A stretch of DNA of 64,000 bases, from the NCBI GenBank assembly GCA_002779395.1, contig PEWR01000091.1, positions 1,464-65,463 of the forward strand, in the 5' to 3' direction. Below, piece after piece: positions 36,733 through 46,430 of this stretch. The DNA is from Ignavibacteriales bacterium CG07_land_8_20_14_0_80_59_12 (GTDB lineage: Bacteria; Bacteroidota; Ignavibacteria; 0-14-0-80-59-12). The notes beneath the pieces were generated by a model. That model was not told where the DNA came from. It saw only the letters and a program-made list of their open reading frames with translations, and did not search any database. The position numbers were made by a program, and so were the translations under genes. The first letter of the stretch is position 1. Every line of letters begins with the position of its first letter.

Positions 36733-36839
36733 CCTCGTATCGTTCTTCCGAGACTGCGGTGCTTTGTTCTCTTTTTGCCAGGAGTCGACCATCCACTGAT
36801 CTTGACCAATCACTGACGTAGGACCAAGGAGGATTCTGC

Positions 36840-37685
36840 ATGCGCGAGATCCATTTTGATGACGTCGTGGCCGCAGTCCGTGACATGTCCATCGAGGCGA
36901 ACCTCTTCCTCAAGGACGATGTCAAGGAGGCACTGAAGCATGCGTACGAACGCGAGGAGTCTGGCACTGGGAGGAGCATTTTGAAGATGGTGCTGGAGAA
37001 TATCGAGGTCGCTGAAGCGGAGAGACTCCCGCTCTGCCAGGACACCGGCCTCGCTGTCTTCTTTGTGGAGATGGGAGAGGAAGCAAAGGTGTCAGGCGAC
37101 GGAGTTGCGAAGGCGATCAACGAGGGTGTACGCCGCGGGTACAAGGACGGCTACCTCCGGAAGTCGGTCGTCGACGATCCGGTTCGCCGGAAGAACACCG
37201 GCGACAACACGCCGGCGATCATTCACTTCGATGTCGTACCCGGGACGCATCTGAAGATCGCCCTTGCACCGAAGGGTGGGGGCTCGGAGAATATGAGCAC
37301 GGTGAAAATGTTTCCCCCATCCGCGGGCTGGGAAGGGATGAAGAAGTTCGTGCTTGAATGGGTTTTCAAGTCGGGCGGAAACCCGTGTCCTCCCTCTATC
37401 ATCGGCATCGGCGTGGGAGGCAATTTCGAACTTGCGGCCATCAATGCGAAGAAAGCGCTCGTCTTCAGGAAGATCGGACAGCGCAACCCGGATCCTTTCT
37501 GGGCCGGGAAGGAGGTCGAGCTGCTGGATGACATCAACAAGCTCGGCGTCGGTCCGATGGGACTCGGCGGAGTCGTCACGAGCCTTGAGGTATTCATTGA
37601 GTCGGCTCCGTGTCATATCGCGTCGATGCCGATGGCGATCAACACGCAGTGCCATGCGAACCGGCATGCGTTCAGAGAACTGTAG
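36840..37685 (+). CDS. Class I fumarate hydratase / Fe-S hydro-lyase alpha subunit
   Basis: LPLCQDTGLAVFFVEMG and ...GIGVGGNFELAAINAKKAL... typical of the FumA/TtdA alpha region with its Cys ligands. Confidence 0.75.
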   Translation: MREIHFDDVVAAVRDMSIEANLFLKDDVKEALKHAYEREESGTGRSILKMVLENIEVAEAERLPLCQDTGLAVFFVEMGEEAKVSGDGVAKAINEGVRRGYKDGYLRKSVVDDPVRRKNTGDNTPAIIHFDVVPGTHLKIALAPKGGGSENMSTVKMFPPSAGWEGMKKFVLEWVFKSGGNPCPPSIIGIGVGGNFELAAINAKKALVFRKIGQRNPDPFWAGKEVELLDDINKLGVGPMGLGGVVTSLEVFIESAPCHIASMPMAINTQCHANRHAFREL

Positions 37686-37695
37686 GAGGTGAACG

Positions 37696-38256
37696 ATGGC
37701 TGCAAAGAGGCTGACAACGCCGTTGACCGATGAGGCGGTTCTTTCCCTTCACATCGGTGATGAGGTTCTTCTTTCAGGAGTCGTGTATACGGCTCGCGAT
37801 TCGGCGCACAAGCGGCTCATCGAGCTCATTGACAGGGGGGAGCCGCTGCCGTTCGAGCTTGTGGGCCAGGCCATCTACTATGCCGGCCCGTCGCCTGCGC
37901 CTCCCGGGAAGCCGATCGGATCGGTGGGGCCCACAACCTCCTACCGGATGGATGCGTTCGCTCCCCGGCTCCACTCCCTCGGGCTCAGGGCAACGATCGG
38001 AAAAGGCCCGCGGAGCAAGGAAGTGATGGATGCGCTTGTGAATCACAAGTCGGTGTACTTCACAGCCGTCGGCGGGGTTGCAGCGCTTCTCGCCAAGCGA
38101 GTGAAATCCGCAGAGATCGTTGCGTTCGAAGAACTGGGCCCCGAAGCGATACGCAAACTCGTCGTCGAAGACCTTCCCCTGATCGTCTCCTGCGATGCCT
38201 ATGGTCAGGACCTCCATGTTGAAGGGGTGAAGGCGTACCAGAAGTTGACGGTGTAG
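37696..38256 (+). CDS. Class I fumarate hydratase / Fe-S hydro-lyase beta subunit
   Basis: 186 aa. GDEVLLSGVVYTARDSAHKRL...YYAGPSPAPPG... matches the FumB/TtdB beta region. Immediately follows the alpha subunit. Confidence 0.75.
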   Translation: MAAKRLTTPLTDEAVLSLHIGDEVLLSGVVYTARDSAHKRLIELIDRGEPLPFELVGQAIYYAGPSPAPPGKPIGSVGPTTSYRMDAFAPRLHSLGLRATIGKGPRSKEVMDALVNHKSVYFTAVGGVAALLAKRVKSAEIVAFEELGPEAIRKLVVEDLPLIVSCDAYGQDLHVEGVKAYQKLTV

Positions 38257-38352
38257 AGGCGGGCTCGGCAATCGGGCCGGAACCGCGCCTTCACACCGGA
38301 CGTTCATTGAAGAGACCGAACATGCCGAACCCATCATCAGGAGTCCTCTGAA

Positions 38353-39744
38353 ATGAACTTCCGCATCGAGAAGGATTCTCTCGGGGAGAAACGGGTTCCC
38401 GCTGATGCCTACTATGGAGTCCAGACCCAGCGGGCCGTCGAGAATTTCCCCATCAGCGGACTTCGCCCGAAGCCGCGATTCATCGACGCCGTCATCTACA
38501 TCAAGAAGGCCGCAGCCGGCGTCAACTCCTCCCTCGGTCTTCTCGATTCAATCAAAGCGCGCGCAATCATCCAGGCATGCGACGAGATCCTTGGCGGGAA
38601 GCTGCGCGACCAGTTTGTTGTCGATGTGTACCAGGCGGGAGCGGGCACATCGCATAACATGAACGCAAACGAAGTGATCGCGAACCGAGCCATCGAGATC
38701 CTTGGAGGCAAGCGGGGCGACTATTCAGTCGTTCACCCGAACGACGATGTGAACATGTCGCAATCGACCAACGATGTCATCCCGACGGCGATCCACCTCG
38801 GCGCACTCCTTCTTTTGAGGGAGCTTCTCCCCGCGCTGGAGTCTCTCGAAGACACCTTCGCGGCCAAAGAACGCGAGCTCAACGGCGTACTGAAGTCGGC
38901 AAGGACGCATCTCCAGGATGCCGTCCCGATTCGGCTCGGGCAGGAGTTTGGCGCCTACGCGCGGAACATGAAGAGGCATCGGCGAGACATCGAGCAGACC
39001 TCGGAGGGACTCCGTCAGCTTGGCATCGGCGGCACGGCCGCCGGTACAGGCTTGAACGCGCATCCCGAGTACCGCAAGCGGATGGTCGACACGCTCTCCG
39101 GGGAGCTCGGTGAGACCCTCTCGATGGCTGAGGACTACTTTGAAGCGATGCAGAGCATGGCGCCATCCGTCGCGGCCTCCGGTGCACTCCGCAACCTTGC
39201 ACAGGATCTCATCCGCATCGCGAACGATCTCCGTCTCCTTGGCTCCGGGCCAAAGACAGGACTTTTTGAGATCAGGCTCCCGGCCGTCCAGCCCGGCTCA
39301 TCGATCATGCCCGGGAAAGTAAACCCGTCGATCGCTGAGATGGTGGATATGGTGGGGTTCCAGGTCCTCGGCTGCGACCTCACGGTCACGCTTGCCGCCC
39401 AGGCCGGCCAACTCGATCTCAACGTGATGATGCCAGTCATCGCGTACAACCTCTTCCACTCGATCGAGATCCTGACGTCGTCGATCCGCGTTCTCGCTGA
39501 GAAGACTGTCGCCGGGATCGTTGCCAACGAAGAGCGCTGCCGGGAGTATGCCGAGGGGAGCATGAGCATCGTGACGGTGCTGAACCCGCACATCGGGTAC
39601 TCGATGGCGGCCGAAGTGGCGAAGGAGTATCTTGCATCCGGCAAATCAATTCGCGAAATTCTGCTTGAGCGAAAGCTCTTTACACCGGAGGAACTGGATG
39701 CGATCTTCGACCTCCGGAAGATGACTGAACCAGGCATCCACTAG
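38353..39744 (+). CDS. aspA: Aspartate ammonia-lyase / class II fumarase family lyase
   Basis: MNFRIEKDSLGEKRVPADAYYGVQTQRAVENFPISG and signature GSSIMPGKVNPS. AspA versus FumC cannot be decided from motifs alone. Confidence 0.7.
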   Translation: MNFRIEKDSLGEKRVPADAYYGVQTQRAVENFPISGLRPKPRFIDAVIYIKKAAAGVNSSLGLLDSIKARAIIQACDEILGGKLRDQFVVDVYQAGAGTSHNMNANEVIANRAIEILGGKRGDYSVVHPNDDVNMSQSTNDVIPTAIHLGALLLLRELLPALESLEDTFAAKERELNGVLKSARTHLQDAVPIRLGQEFGAYARNMKRHRRDIEQTSEGLRQLGIGGTAAGTGLNAHPEYRKRMVDTLSGELGETLSMAEDYFEAMQSMAPSVAASGALRNLAQDLIRIANDLRLLGSGPKTGLFEIRLPAVQPGSSIMPGKVNPSIAEMVDMVGFQVLGCDLTVTLAAQAGQLDLNVMMPVIAYNLFHSIEILTSSIRVLAEKTVAGIVANEERCREYAEGSMSIVTVLNPHIGYSMAAEVAKEYLASGKSIREILLERKLFTPEELDAIFDLRKMTEPGIH

Positions 39745-39756
39745 TTGGAGCAGATC

Positions 39757-39936
39757 ATGGCCGAGAAACAGGATCTTCTGACTGCCGGGAAACTCGCACA
39801 GCTTTGGAACGTCCCGCCCGCGCAGGTGAAGAAGGCAATCAAAGCATCAGGTGCCAAGGCGGATGTTGTGAAGGGGAGATGCTCGTACTTCGGGCCAAAG
39901 ACAAGCGAGAAGATCCACAAGGCCCTCGGTAAGTGA
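39757..39936 (+). CDS. Small (59 aa) putative HTH-like protein of unknown function
   Basis: MAEKQDLLTAGKLAQLWNVPPAQVKKAIKASGAKADVV... is helix-turn-helix-like. GGAG 8 nt upstream. Starts 13 nt after the aspA stop. Confidence 0.35.
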   Translation: MAEKQDLLTAGKLAQLWNVPPAQVKKAIKASGAKADVVKGRCSYFGPKTSEKIHKALGK

Positions 39937-40147
39937 GGACGATTCCCTGCGCGCTCCCAGTTGATCGGCGTCATCCGATACACCAACGCCCGGCTGCGCG
40001 AATGCCGGCTCCATGACGCAATCTCGGGGCTCGCGGGGGAGTCGCGATGAAAATCTCGCCTGATGAGAGGAGCAACCGCATGAACCTGTTCTGCCCGCCG
40101 GATCCGTAGGTGTGAAGCGGAACATGCTTGATGCATGGAACAAGGGG

Positions 40148-40176
40148 TTGCATAAGAGAGGCATTTTTGCTAGATT
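40148..40176 (+). promoter_or_regulatory. Candidate sigma70-type promoter for tRNA-Thr (TTGCAT-17-TAGATT)
   Basis: TTGCATaagagaggcatttttgcTAGATT ends 27 nt upstream of the tRNA 5' end. Confidence 0.35.
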
Positions 40177-40202
40177 TCAACATTGAGTTGTGCGTTGTTG
40201 TT

Positions 40203-40274
40203 GCCATCGTAGCTCAGTGGTAGAGCAATCGCCTCGTAAGCGATAGGTCGTGGGTTCAACTCCCACCGATGGCT
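40203..40274 (+). tRNA. tRNA-Thr (anticodon CGT)
   Basis: GCCATCGTAGCTCAGTGGTAGAGCAATCGCCTCGTAAGCGATAGGTCGTGGGTTCAACTCCCACCGATGGCT. Anticodon loop CUCGUAA gives CGU. Confidence 0.8.
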
Positions 40275-40383
40275 CAGAGTTTCATCGCCTGTGCCCGCTC
40301 CAGCGGGCATCATAGTAATCGGTGCAGGCCTCCTCCGTCCGTGTCCTCGAGCCTGCGCCATCCAGCTCTGCCCAGGGGGACCT

Positions 40384-40551
40384 ATGAAGAAACTCCGCCC
40401 ACGCCACAAACGAGGGGTTCTTCTCGGGAGTCGCATCCCGGTTCCTCAGAAACCACCGAAGTTCGAGATTCCCAAGAAACGTTACAGCCGAAGGCGCCAG
40501 AAGAAGGATCTCGCAAGACTCCTCACGGAGCGTAAGAAGGATTCGCGATGA
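40384..40551 (+). CDS. Small, extremely basic ORF (55 aa) translationally coupled (ATGA) to folP
   Basis: MKKLRPRHKRGVLLGSRIPVPQKPPKFEIPKKRYSRRRQKKDLARLLTERKKDSR. GGGGGA 6 nt upstream. Its stop overlaps the folP ATG. Confidence 0.3.
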   Translation: MKKLRPRHKRGVLLGSRIPVPQKPPKFEIPKKRYSRRRQKKDLARLLTERKKDSR

Positions 40552-41447
40552 CCCCGGATGCCCATGCTCGGGACAACTTTGTCATCCATGCAGGCGGCCG
40601 TGCTATCGACGTCCGGTCGAGGACGTACGTCATGGGTGTTCTGAATGTCACGCCGGATTCATTCTCGGACGGCGGACTCTTCGCGAAGACCGAAGCGGCG
40701 GTAGCGCGCGGTGTCGAGATGGAGGCGCAAGGGGCCGATCTTATCGATGTCGGGGGGGAGTCAACGAGACCCGGGTCCGACCCGGTCCCGGCCAACGAAG
40801 AGATCAGGCGTGTTGTCCCCGTGATCAAGGAATTAAGCAGGCGAACGAACGCCGTCATTTCCATCGACACATCGAAAGCAACAGTCGCGGAAGCGGCCGT
40901 CGGGGCGGGGGCAACGGTCATCAACGACGTGACAGCTCTCGCCGGAGATCCCGGTATGGGAGATTTTGCCGCCCGGTGCGGCGTTCCGGTCATCCTCATG
41001 CACATGAAAGGGGCGCCGAAAACGATGCAGGTGAACCCTGTCTATGGCGATGTTGTGCGCGAGGTGAAGGAGTTTCTTGCCACAAGAATCCTGGCGGCCG
41101 AGGCGATGGGAATCAGGGAGATTGTCATCGACCCGGGCATAGGTTTTGGGAAGTCTCTTAAGGATAACCTCACCCTTATGAACCGGCTCGATGTACTGAC
41201 GCAGCTCGGGCGTCCCGTCCTCGTGGGGCCATCGCGGAAGTCGTTCATCGGGATGATTCTTGATACAGCGGTGAACGATCGCGTCGAGGGGACCGCGGCC
41301 GCGGTAGCCCTGTCGATCGTGAGGGGGGCCAACATCGTGCGGGTTCATGACGTGCGGCAAATCAGCCGTGTCGTGCAGATCGCCGATTCGATCCTCCAGG
41401 AGCGAAATGCGGCCGAATCGGCGGCCATCCGGAGAGGAGGGGCATAA
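40548..41447 (+). CDS. folP: Dihydropteroate synthase
   Basis: MGVLNVTPDSFSDGG, DVGGESTRPG, pterin-binding TIM-barrel motifs. Confidence 0.85.
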   Translation: MTPDAHARDNFVIHAGGRAIDVRSRTYVMGVLNVTPDSFSDGGLFAKTEAAVARGVEMEAQGADLIDVGGESTRPGSDPVPANEEIRRVVPVIKELSRRTNAVISIDTSKATVAEAAVGAGATVINDVTALAGDPGMGDFAARCGVPVILMHMKGAPKTMQVNPVYGDVVREVKEFLATRILAAEAMGIREIVIDPGIGFGKSLKDNLTLMNRLDVLTQLGRPVLVGPSRKSFIGMILDTAVNDRVEGTAAAVALSIVRGANIVRVHDVRQISRVVQIADSILQERNAAESAAIRRGGA

Positions 41448-42265
41448 TGGAGCTGTTCCACATAGGATTCCTCACGGTCTCGCTCACCGACCTCCTCGAC
41501 GTCGCGATCGTCTCGTTTGTTTTCTACCGGCTCTACGTTGCAATGCGTGGGACGGTCGCGGCGCAGATATTCGTCGGCTTTGTCCTTCTCATCGCCCTCT
41601 TCTTTGTCGCCCAGGCGCTCAATCTGAAGGCCCTCGGCTGGCTCCTTCGAAGCGTTACGGATATCTGGGTCGTTGCGCTGATTGTCCTGTTCCAGCCTGA
41701 GCTGCGTCGGCTCCTCATCCTTTTCAGCCGCGGGCGTCTCATGCACTACTTCGTCAAGCTCGATGTCAACGAATCGATCGACGAAGTGGTCGGGGCAGCT
41801 GTCGAGCTTTCCCGCAAGCGCCAGGGGGCACTCATGGTCATTGTCCGTTCCACCGGCCTCCGGTCTTTCGTTGAGTCGGGCATCCAGCTCCAGGCCCAGA
41901 TCAGTCGCTCGCTTCTCATCTCGATCTTCAATCCGAAGTCTCCGCTTCACGACGGTGCGGTTATCGTGAAGGATCGCATTATCGAAGCGGCGCGATGCAC
42001 GCTCCCGCTTTCCGCAGTCACTAGACTCGGCGAAGTCCCTCTCGGCATGCGTCACCGGGCCGGGCTCGGGATCACCGAACAGGCGGATGTCGTTGTTGTC
42101 ATCGTGTCCGAGGAGAGCGGCGCGATCTCGTTTGCCGAGAACGCATTGCTTGAGAGGGGACTTACGGGGGAGGAGCTCCGCCGCCGCTTGAGGAGCAGCC
42201 TTTCGTCGCCGACGGTGAGGTGGTCACTGAAGAATATCTTCTCTACCGTGCGAGAGGAGATTTAA
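41447..42265 (+). CDS. cdaA: Diadenylate cyclase CdaA (c-di-AMP synthase) with N-terminal TM helices
   Basis: DAC-domain motifs DGAVIV and RHRAGLGITEQADVVVVIVSEESG. Three N-terminal TM segments. 1-nt overlap with the folP stop. Confidence 0.8.
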   Translation: MELFHIGFLTVSLTDLLDVAIVSFVFYRLYVAMRGTVAAQIFVGFVLLIALFFVAQALNLKALGWLLRSVTDIWVVALIVLFQPELRRLLILFSRGRLMHYFVKLDVNESIDEVVGAAVELSRKRQGALMVIVRSTGLRSFVESGIQLQAQISRSLLISIFNPKSPLHDGAVIVKDRIIEAARCTLPLSAVTRLGEVPLGMRHRAGLGITEQADVVVVIVSEESGAISFAENALLERGLTGEELRRRLRSSLSSPTVRWSLKNIFSTVREEI

Positions 42266-42300
42266 TTGTATAGCTTCAACCGCATCTGCGCCGGGGGACG

Positions 42301-42945
42301 ATGACACGGATCGAAACTGAACGAGAGGAGATGATCAACCTCATCACGGCGCGCGGCATAACGGACGAGAGCGTTATTGCCGCGATGAGGCACATTCCTC
42401 GGCACCTCTTTGTCCCCGAGGCATTCGTCCACCGGGCGTACGACGACAGCGCTCTTCCCATCGGGCTGAACCAGACGATATCGCAGCCGTACACCGTCGC
42501 ATTCATGACCCAGTCGCTTGAGCTGAAAGCCGGAGAGAAGGTCCTGGAGGTCGGGACCGGCTCAGGGTACCAAGCGGCGATCCTGTGCGAGATGGGGGCT
42601 CGCGTGTTTACCATCGAGCGCCACTTCAACCTTCTTGAGCAGGCGAGAAAGACGCTCGAAAAGCTCGGCTACCGCGCCGCCTCGAAGGTCGGAGACGGCA
42701 CCGTTGGGTGGAGCGAGTTTGCCCCGTTCGACCGCATCATCGTCACCGCTGCAGCCCCGACCGTTCCTGATCCTCTCCTCAGCCAGCTCAGCGACGGCGG
42801 ACGCCTTGTCATTCCCGTCGGCGACCTCGACATCCAGGAGCTTGTCACAGTCACGAAGCGCGGGAACGAATTCGAAAGGCAGCGGGTCTACGGTTTCAAG
42901 TTCGTGCCCCTTGTGGGCAAGAAAGGTTGGCCCTCACCTGAGTGA
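42301..42945 (+). CDS. pcm: Protein-L-isoaspartate O-methyltransferase
   Basis: SQPYTVAFMTQSL, SAM-binding VLEVGTGSGYQAAIL. Confidence 0.85.
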   Translation: MTRIETEREEMINLITARGITDESVIAAMRHIPRHLFVPEAFVHRAYDDSALPIGLNQTISQPYTVAFMTQSLELKAGEKVLEVGTGSGYQAAILCEMGARVFTIERHFNLLEQARKTLEKLGYRAASKVGDGTVGWSEFAPFDRIIVTAAAPTVPDPLLSQLSDGGRLVIPVGDLDIQELVTVTKRGNEFERQRVYGFKFVPLVGKKGWPSPE

Positions 42946-42966
42946 CTCTTCCTCGGCTCCGGCTAC

Positions 42967-43926
42967 ATGAATCCCCTCCTTGAACACCGCAGAGTCCTCG
43001 TTATCGCCGGCCCCACAGCATCGGGGAAGAGCGATGTCGCCGTCCGGGTTGCCGAGCTTGCCGGCGGCGAGATCATCTCCGCCGATTCACGTCAGATGTA
43101 CCGCCTTGCCACCATTGGCACTGCGAAGCCGGGATCGGATTTGCTCGGGCGCGTGCGACACCACTTTGTCGACTCGCATGATCTCGATCAGCCGCTGAGT
43201 GCGGGGGAGTTCGGTGAGGAAGGGAGGAGGGTGATCGAAGCTCTCTTCTTCCGCAGCCTCGTCCCTGTCGTTGTAGGCGGTTCCGGCCTCTACCTGCGAT
43301 CGCTCATCGATGGTTTCTTCACGGGCGACTCTGCTGATCCAGGCATGCGAGATGTGCTTCTTCGGAAGCTTGAGCAGGAAGGACTTGCAACGCTGTTTGG
43401 GGAGCTTGCACGCGTTGATCCGGGAACCGCTGGGCGAATCGATCGAAACAACCCGCGAAGGGTACTTCGCGCGCTTGAGGTCTTCTACTCGACGGGCGAG
43501 CCGCTTTCGGAGATCCAGAAGAAGCGGAGGATCGTTGTCAATTTCACCTCGGCCTGGTTCGGCCTTGAGTGGGAGACGAAGGAGCTGTATCGAAGGATCG
43601 ACGAGCGAGTCGGTCGAATGATGGAGGCCGGTCTGGTGGAGGAAGTGAGAGGCCTCCTGTCACGAGGGTACGACGTAGGAGGGCGGGGGAATACGCTTCT
43701 TGCGACCGTGGGGTACGCGGAGGCCGCTTCCCACCTTCGCGGCGAGTACGGATTCGAAGAGATGGTCGAGCTCATCAAACGAAATACGCGCCGCTATGCG
43801 AAGCGGCAGATGACATGGTTCCGGAAGGAGAAACGGATCGAGTGGGTACCCATCCACGCTGAAGCTGAGTCCGATGCGATCGCGGAGAGGATTATGAGGA
43901 AGTTCTCGGCAGCGGTGGGTCGATAG
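42967..43926 (+). CDS. miaA: tRNA dimethylallyltransferase
   Basis: VLVIAGPTASGKSDVAV (P-loop), SADSRQMYR, IPT-family architecture. Confidence 0.85.
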   Translation: MNPLLEHRRVLVIAGPTASGKSDVAVRVAELAGGEIISADSRQMYRLATIGTAKPGSDLLGRVRHHFVDSHDLDQPLSAGEFGEEGRRVIEALFFRSLVPVVVGGSGLYLRSLIDGFFTGDSADPGMRDVLLRKLEQEGLATLFGELARVDPGTAGRIDRNNPRRVLRALEVFYSTGEPLSEIQKKRRIVVNFTSAWFGLEWETKELYRRIDERVGRMMEAGLVEEVRGLLSRGYDVGGRGNTLLATVGYAEAASHLRGEYGFEEMVELIKRNTRRYAKRQMTWFRKEKRIEWVPIHAEAESDAIAERIMRKFSAAVGR

Positions 43927-43947
43927 GAGGGATAGGCAAAATTCTTG

Positions 43948-44022
43948 TCGGGGCGGGCGGATTTGAACCGCCGACCTCCTGGTCCCGAACCAGGCGCTCT
44001 AACCGGGCTGAGCCACGCCCCG
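43948..44022 (-). tRNA. tRNA-Pro (anticodon CGG)
   Basis: Reverse complement CGGGGCGTGGCTCAGCCCGGTTAGAGCGCCTGGTTCGGGACCAGGAGGTCGGCGGTTCAAATCCGCCCGCCCCGA. Anticodon loop UUCGGGA gives CGG. Confidence 0.8.
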
Positions 44023-44397
44023 ATCCGCTGGTGAGCCGCATAGGTCCACCGAACTCCAGAGCAAGTAATCTACGAAACGTCCAGCTTCAAATCAAGTGCA
44101 TCTTTGCAGGGCAGATGCAGCGCCGTTCCTCCCGGTCACCGATCTCTAAGCCCGCTACCTCCCAGGTATTCGCGAAAGTTGTCGCGTGCGTCAAGGACCT
44201 CGTTGTGACCGAGTTTCGTGAAGAGAGGGAGTACGGGCAACTGCACGGGCCCGCATCTCCTTCTTCGTCCTGACGGCGCCCCGGGGCATCCGTAAGGTCA
44301 AGCGGGCGATTCTATTGAGATGACAGCCTTCTCGGGTTTCATTGGAACTCTCCGCCTGATTGGGTATCTTGACTTCTGAGATTCTGAGGATCCCCTC

Positions 44398-45714
44398 GTG
44401 AGCAGACGTGCCGTTGTGGCCATCGTTGGACGCCCAAATGTAGGGAAATCGACGCTGTTTAACCGCCTTCTCGGCGCCCGACAGGCTATTGTTCATAACA
44501 TGCCGGGGGTGACGCGGGACCGCAATTACGCGCAGGCGGAGTGGAGCGGCCGCATCTTCTCAATCGTAGATACCGGCGGATTCATCCCCGGCTCCGACGA
44601 TTTGATTGAACGAGCTGTTACGGGGCAGGCGGAAGCGGCGGTCGAAGAGTCCGATGTAGTCCTCTTCGTCCTCGACGGAAAGGATGGCGTGAACCCAATG
44701 GAGAAGACGATCGCCGGAATTCTCCGGAAATCCGGGCGGCCTGTCGTCCTCTGCGTCAACAAGGTCGATGCCGCCTCATTCGAGGCGGGCGTGTACCAGT
44801 TCCACGAGCTGGGCCTCGGCGACCCGATCGGGGTCTCCGCTATGTCGGGTAGGAACGTCGGCGATCTTCTTGACGCCGTTGTCGCAAGGTTCCCATCTGA
44901 CGGCGCAGCGGGGGAAGAGCACGACCCACGTTTGAAGATTGCGGTCATCGGACGGCCGAACGTCGGCAAGTCATCTCTCGTCAACGCCCTTCTCGGGGAA
45001 GAGAGGAGTATTGTCACGGACATCCCCGGGACGACACGCGATTCGATCGATTCCGTGCTGCGGTATTACGGTGAAGAGATCCTCCTCATCGACACGGCGG
45101 GACTTCGGAAGCGGGCGCACATTGGAGCGCAGGTCGAGTTCTACAGCACGCTGCGCGTACTCCACACGCTCGAAGCCTGCCACGTCGCGGTTGTCCTTGT
45201 CGATGCGACGTTCGGTCTCCAGACGCAGGACCTCAAGATCATTGAAGAGGCGATCGAGCGGAAACGCGGCATCATTGTCGCGGTGAACAAATGGGACCTC
45301 GTCGAGAAGGACTCGACCACAGCGCAGACGTTCGAGCGGCACCTCCGGTTGGGCCTGCGCCGGCACGGCTTCATCCCCATCATCTTCATCTCGGCGGTCA
45401 CGAAGCAGCGCATCTACAGGCTCCTCGAGATGGCAAAGGCCGTTCGGGCCGAGATGGAGAAGCGAATTGAGACTTCAACGCTGAACGAATTCGTGCAAAC
45501 GATCACAAGTGGGAACCCGCATCCGCCTGTCGGCATTCGTGAGGTGAAATTTCGGCATGTGGTTCAGGCGGAGGGGAGCCCACCAGTCTTCGTCTTCTTC
45601 ACCAACTTTCCCGATGACATCTCCGAGACGTATACGCGCTTCCTCGAGAATCAGTTCCGCGAACGCTTTGGCTTCTCCGGCGTCCCTCTCACATTCCGGT
45701 TCCGAAGGAAGTGA
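44398..45714 (+). CDS. der: Ribosome-associated GTPase Der (EngA), two tandem GTPase domains plus KH-like domain
   Basis: Two G1 motifs (GRPNVGKST twice) and DTAG motifs. GTG start with a GAGGA Shine-Dalgarno. Confidence 0.85.
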   Translation: MSRRAVVAIVGRPNVGKSTLFNRLLGARQAIVHNMPGVTRDRNYAQAEWSGRIFSIVDTGGFIPGSDDLIERAVTGQAEAAVEESDVVLFVLDGKDGVNPMEKTIAGILRKSGRPVVLCVNKVDAASFEAGVYQFHELGLGDPIGVSAMSGRNVGDLLDAVVARFPSDGAAGEEHDPRLKIAVIGRPNVGKSSLVNALLGEERSIVTDIPGTTRDSIDSVLRYYGEEILLIDTAGLRKRAHIGAQVEFYSTLRVLHTLEACHVAVVLVDATFGLQTQDLKIIEEAIERKRGIIVAVNKWDLVEKDSTTAQTFERHLRLGLRRHGFIPIIFISAVTKQRIYRLLEMAKAVRAEMEKRIETSTLNEFVQTITSGNPHPPVGIREVKFRHVVQAEGSPPVFVFFTNFPDDISETYTRFLENQFRERFGFSGVPLTFRFRRK

Positions 45715-45739
45715 CCGTCCCCTGCGTCGTGAGGCATCA

Positions 45740-46369
45740 ATGAAAAACCTCGTCCTTGTCGATCATCCGCTGATCAAGCGCGACATTACCATCCTGAGGG
45801 ACCGAGAGACAAACCATGAGTTGTTCCGGTCCACGCTTGGTCGCATCTCCTCCCTCCTTGCCTTCGCCGCGACGCAGGACCTCCTCGTGAAGGAGGTCCG
45901 GGTCAACACGCCGCTCGAGCGGACCACGGGGCACAAGCTTGCGGAGAGCATCGTCCTCGTTCCCGTTCTCAGGGCGGGGCTCGGCATGGTCGACGGCTTC
46001 CTCGAGGTCCTTCCTGAGGCAAAGGTCGGGCACATCGGCCTGTTCCGTGACGAGACGACACTCAAGCCGGTCGACTACTACTTCAAGGTCCCGAAGTCGC
46101 TCTCACGGAGCGTCGTCATTCTCCTCGACCCGATGCTTGCCACGGGCGGGAGCGCCGCCGCCGCTGTCACCTTCCTGAAGAAAAAGGGAGCGAAGAGGAT
46201 ACGTGTGGTGTGCATCGTCGCGTCTCCCGAGGGGGTCGGACTGCTGGGCCGCGAGCATCGTGAGGTGCCGGTCTTCTCCGCGGTCCTTGACCGGAAGCTC
46301 AATGAGCGAGGATACATCCTCCCCGGACTCGGAGACGCCGGTGACCGGATTTTTGGCACCATGAGTTGA
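45740..46369 (+). CDS. upp: Uracil phosphoribosyltransferase
   Basis: MKNLVLVDHPLIKRDITILRD..., PRPP-binding ILLDPMLATGGSA. Start at ATG 45740. Confidence 0.85.
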   Translation: MKNLVLVDHPLIKRDITILRDRETNHELFRSTLGRISSLLAFAATQDLLVKEVRVNTPLERTTGHKLAESIVLVPVLRAGLGMVDGFLEVLPEAKVGHIGLFRDETTLKPVDYYFKVPKSLSRSVVILLDPMLATGGSAAAAVTFLKKKGAKRIRVVCIVASPEGVGLLGREHREVPVFSAVLDRKLNERGYILPGLGDAGDRIFGTMS

Positions 46370-46430
46370 CGTTGGGTGCATCGAACTTTCGCGTGGCAGG
46401 GGACGTTTCAATAAAGGGTGTTGATCGAAT

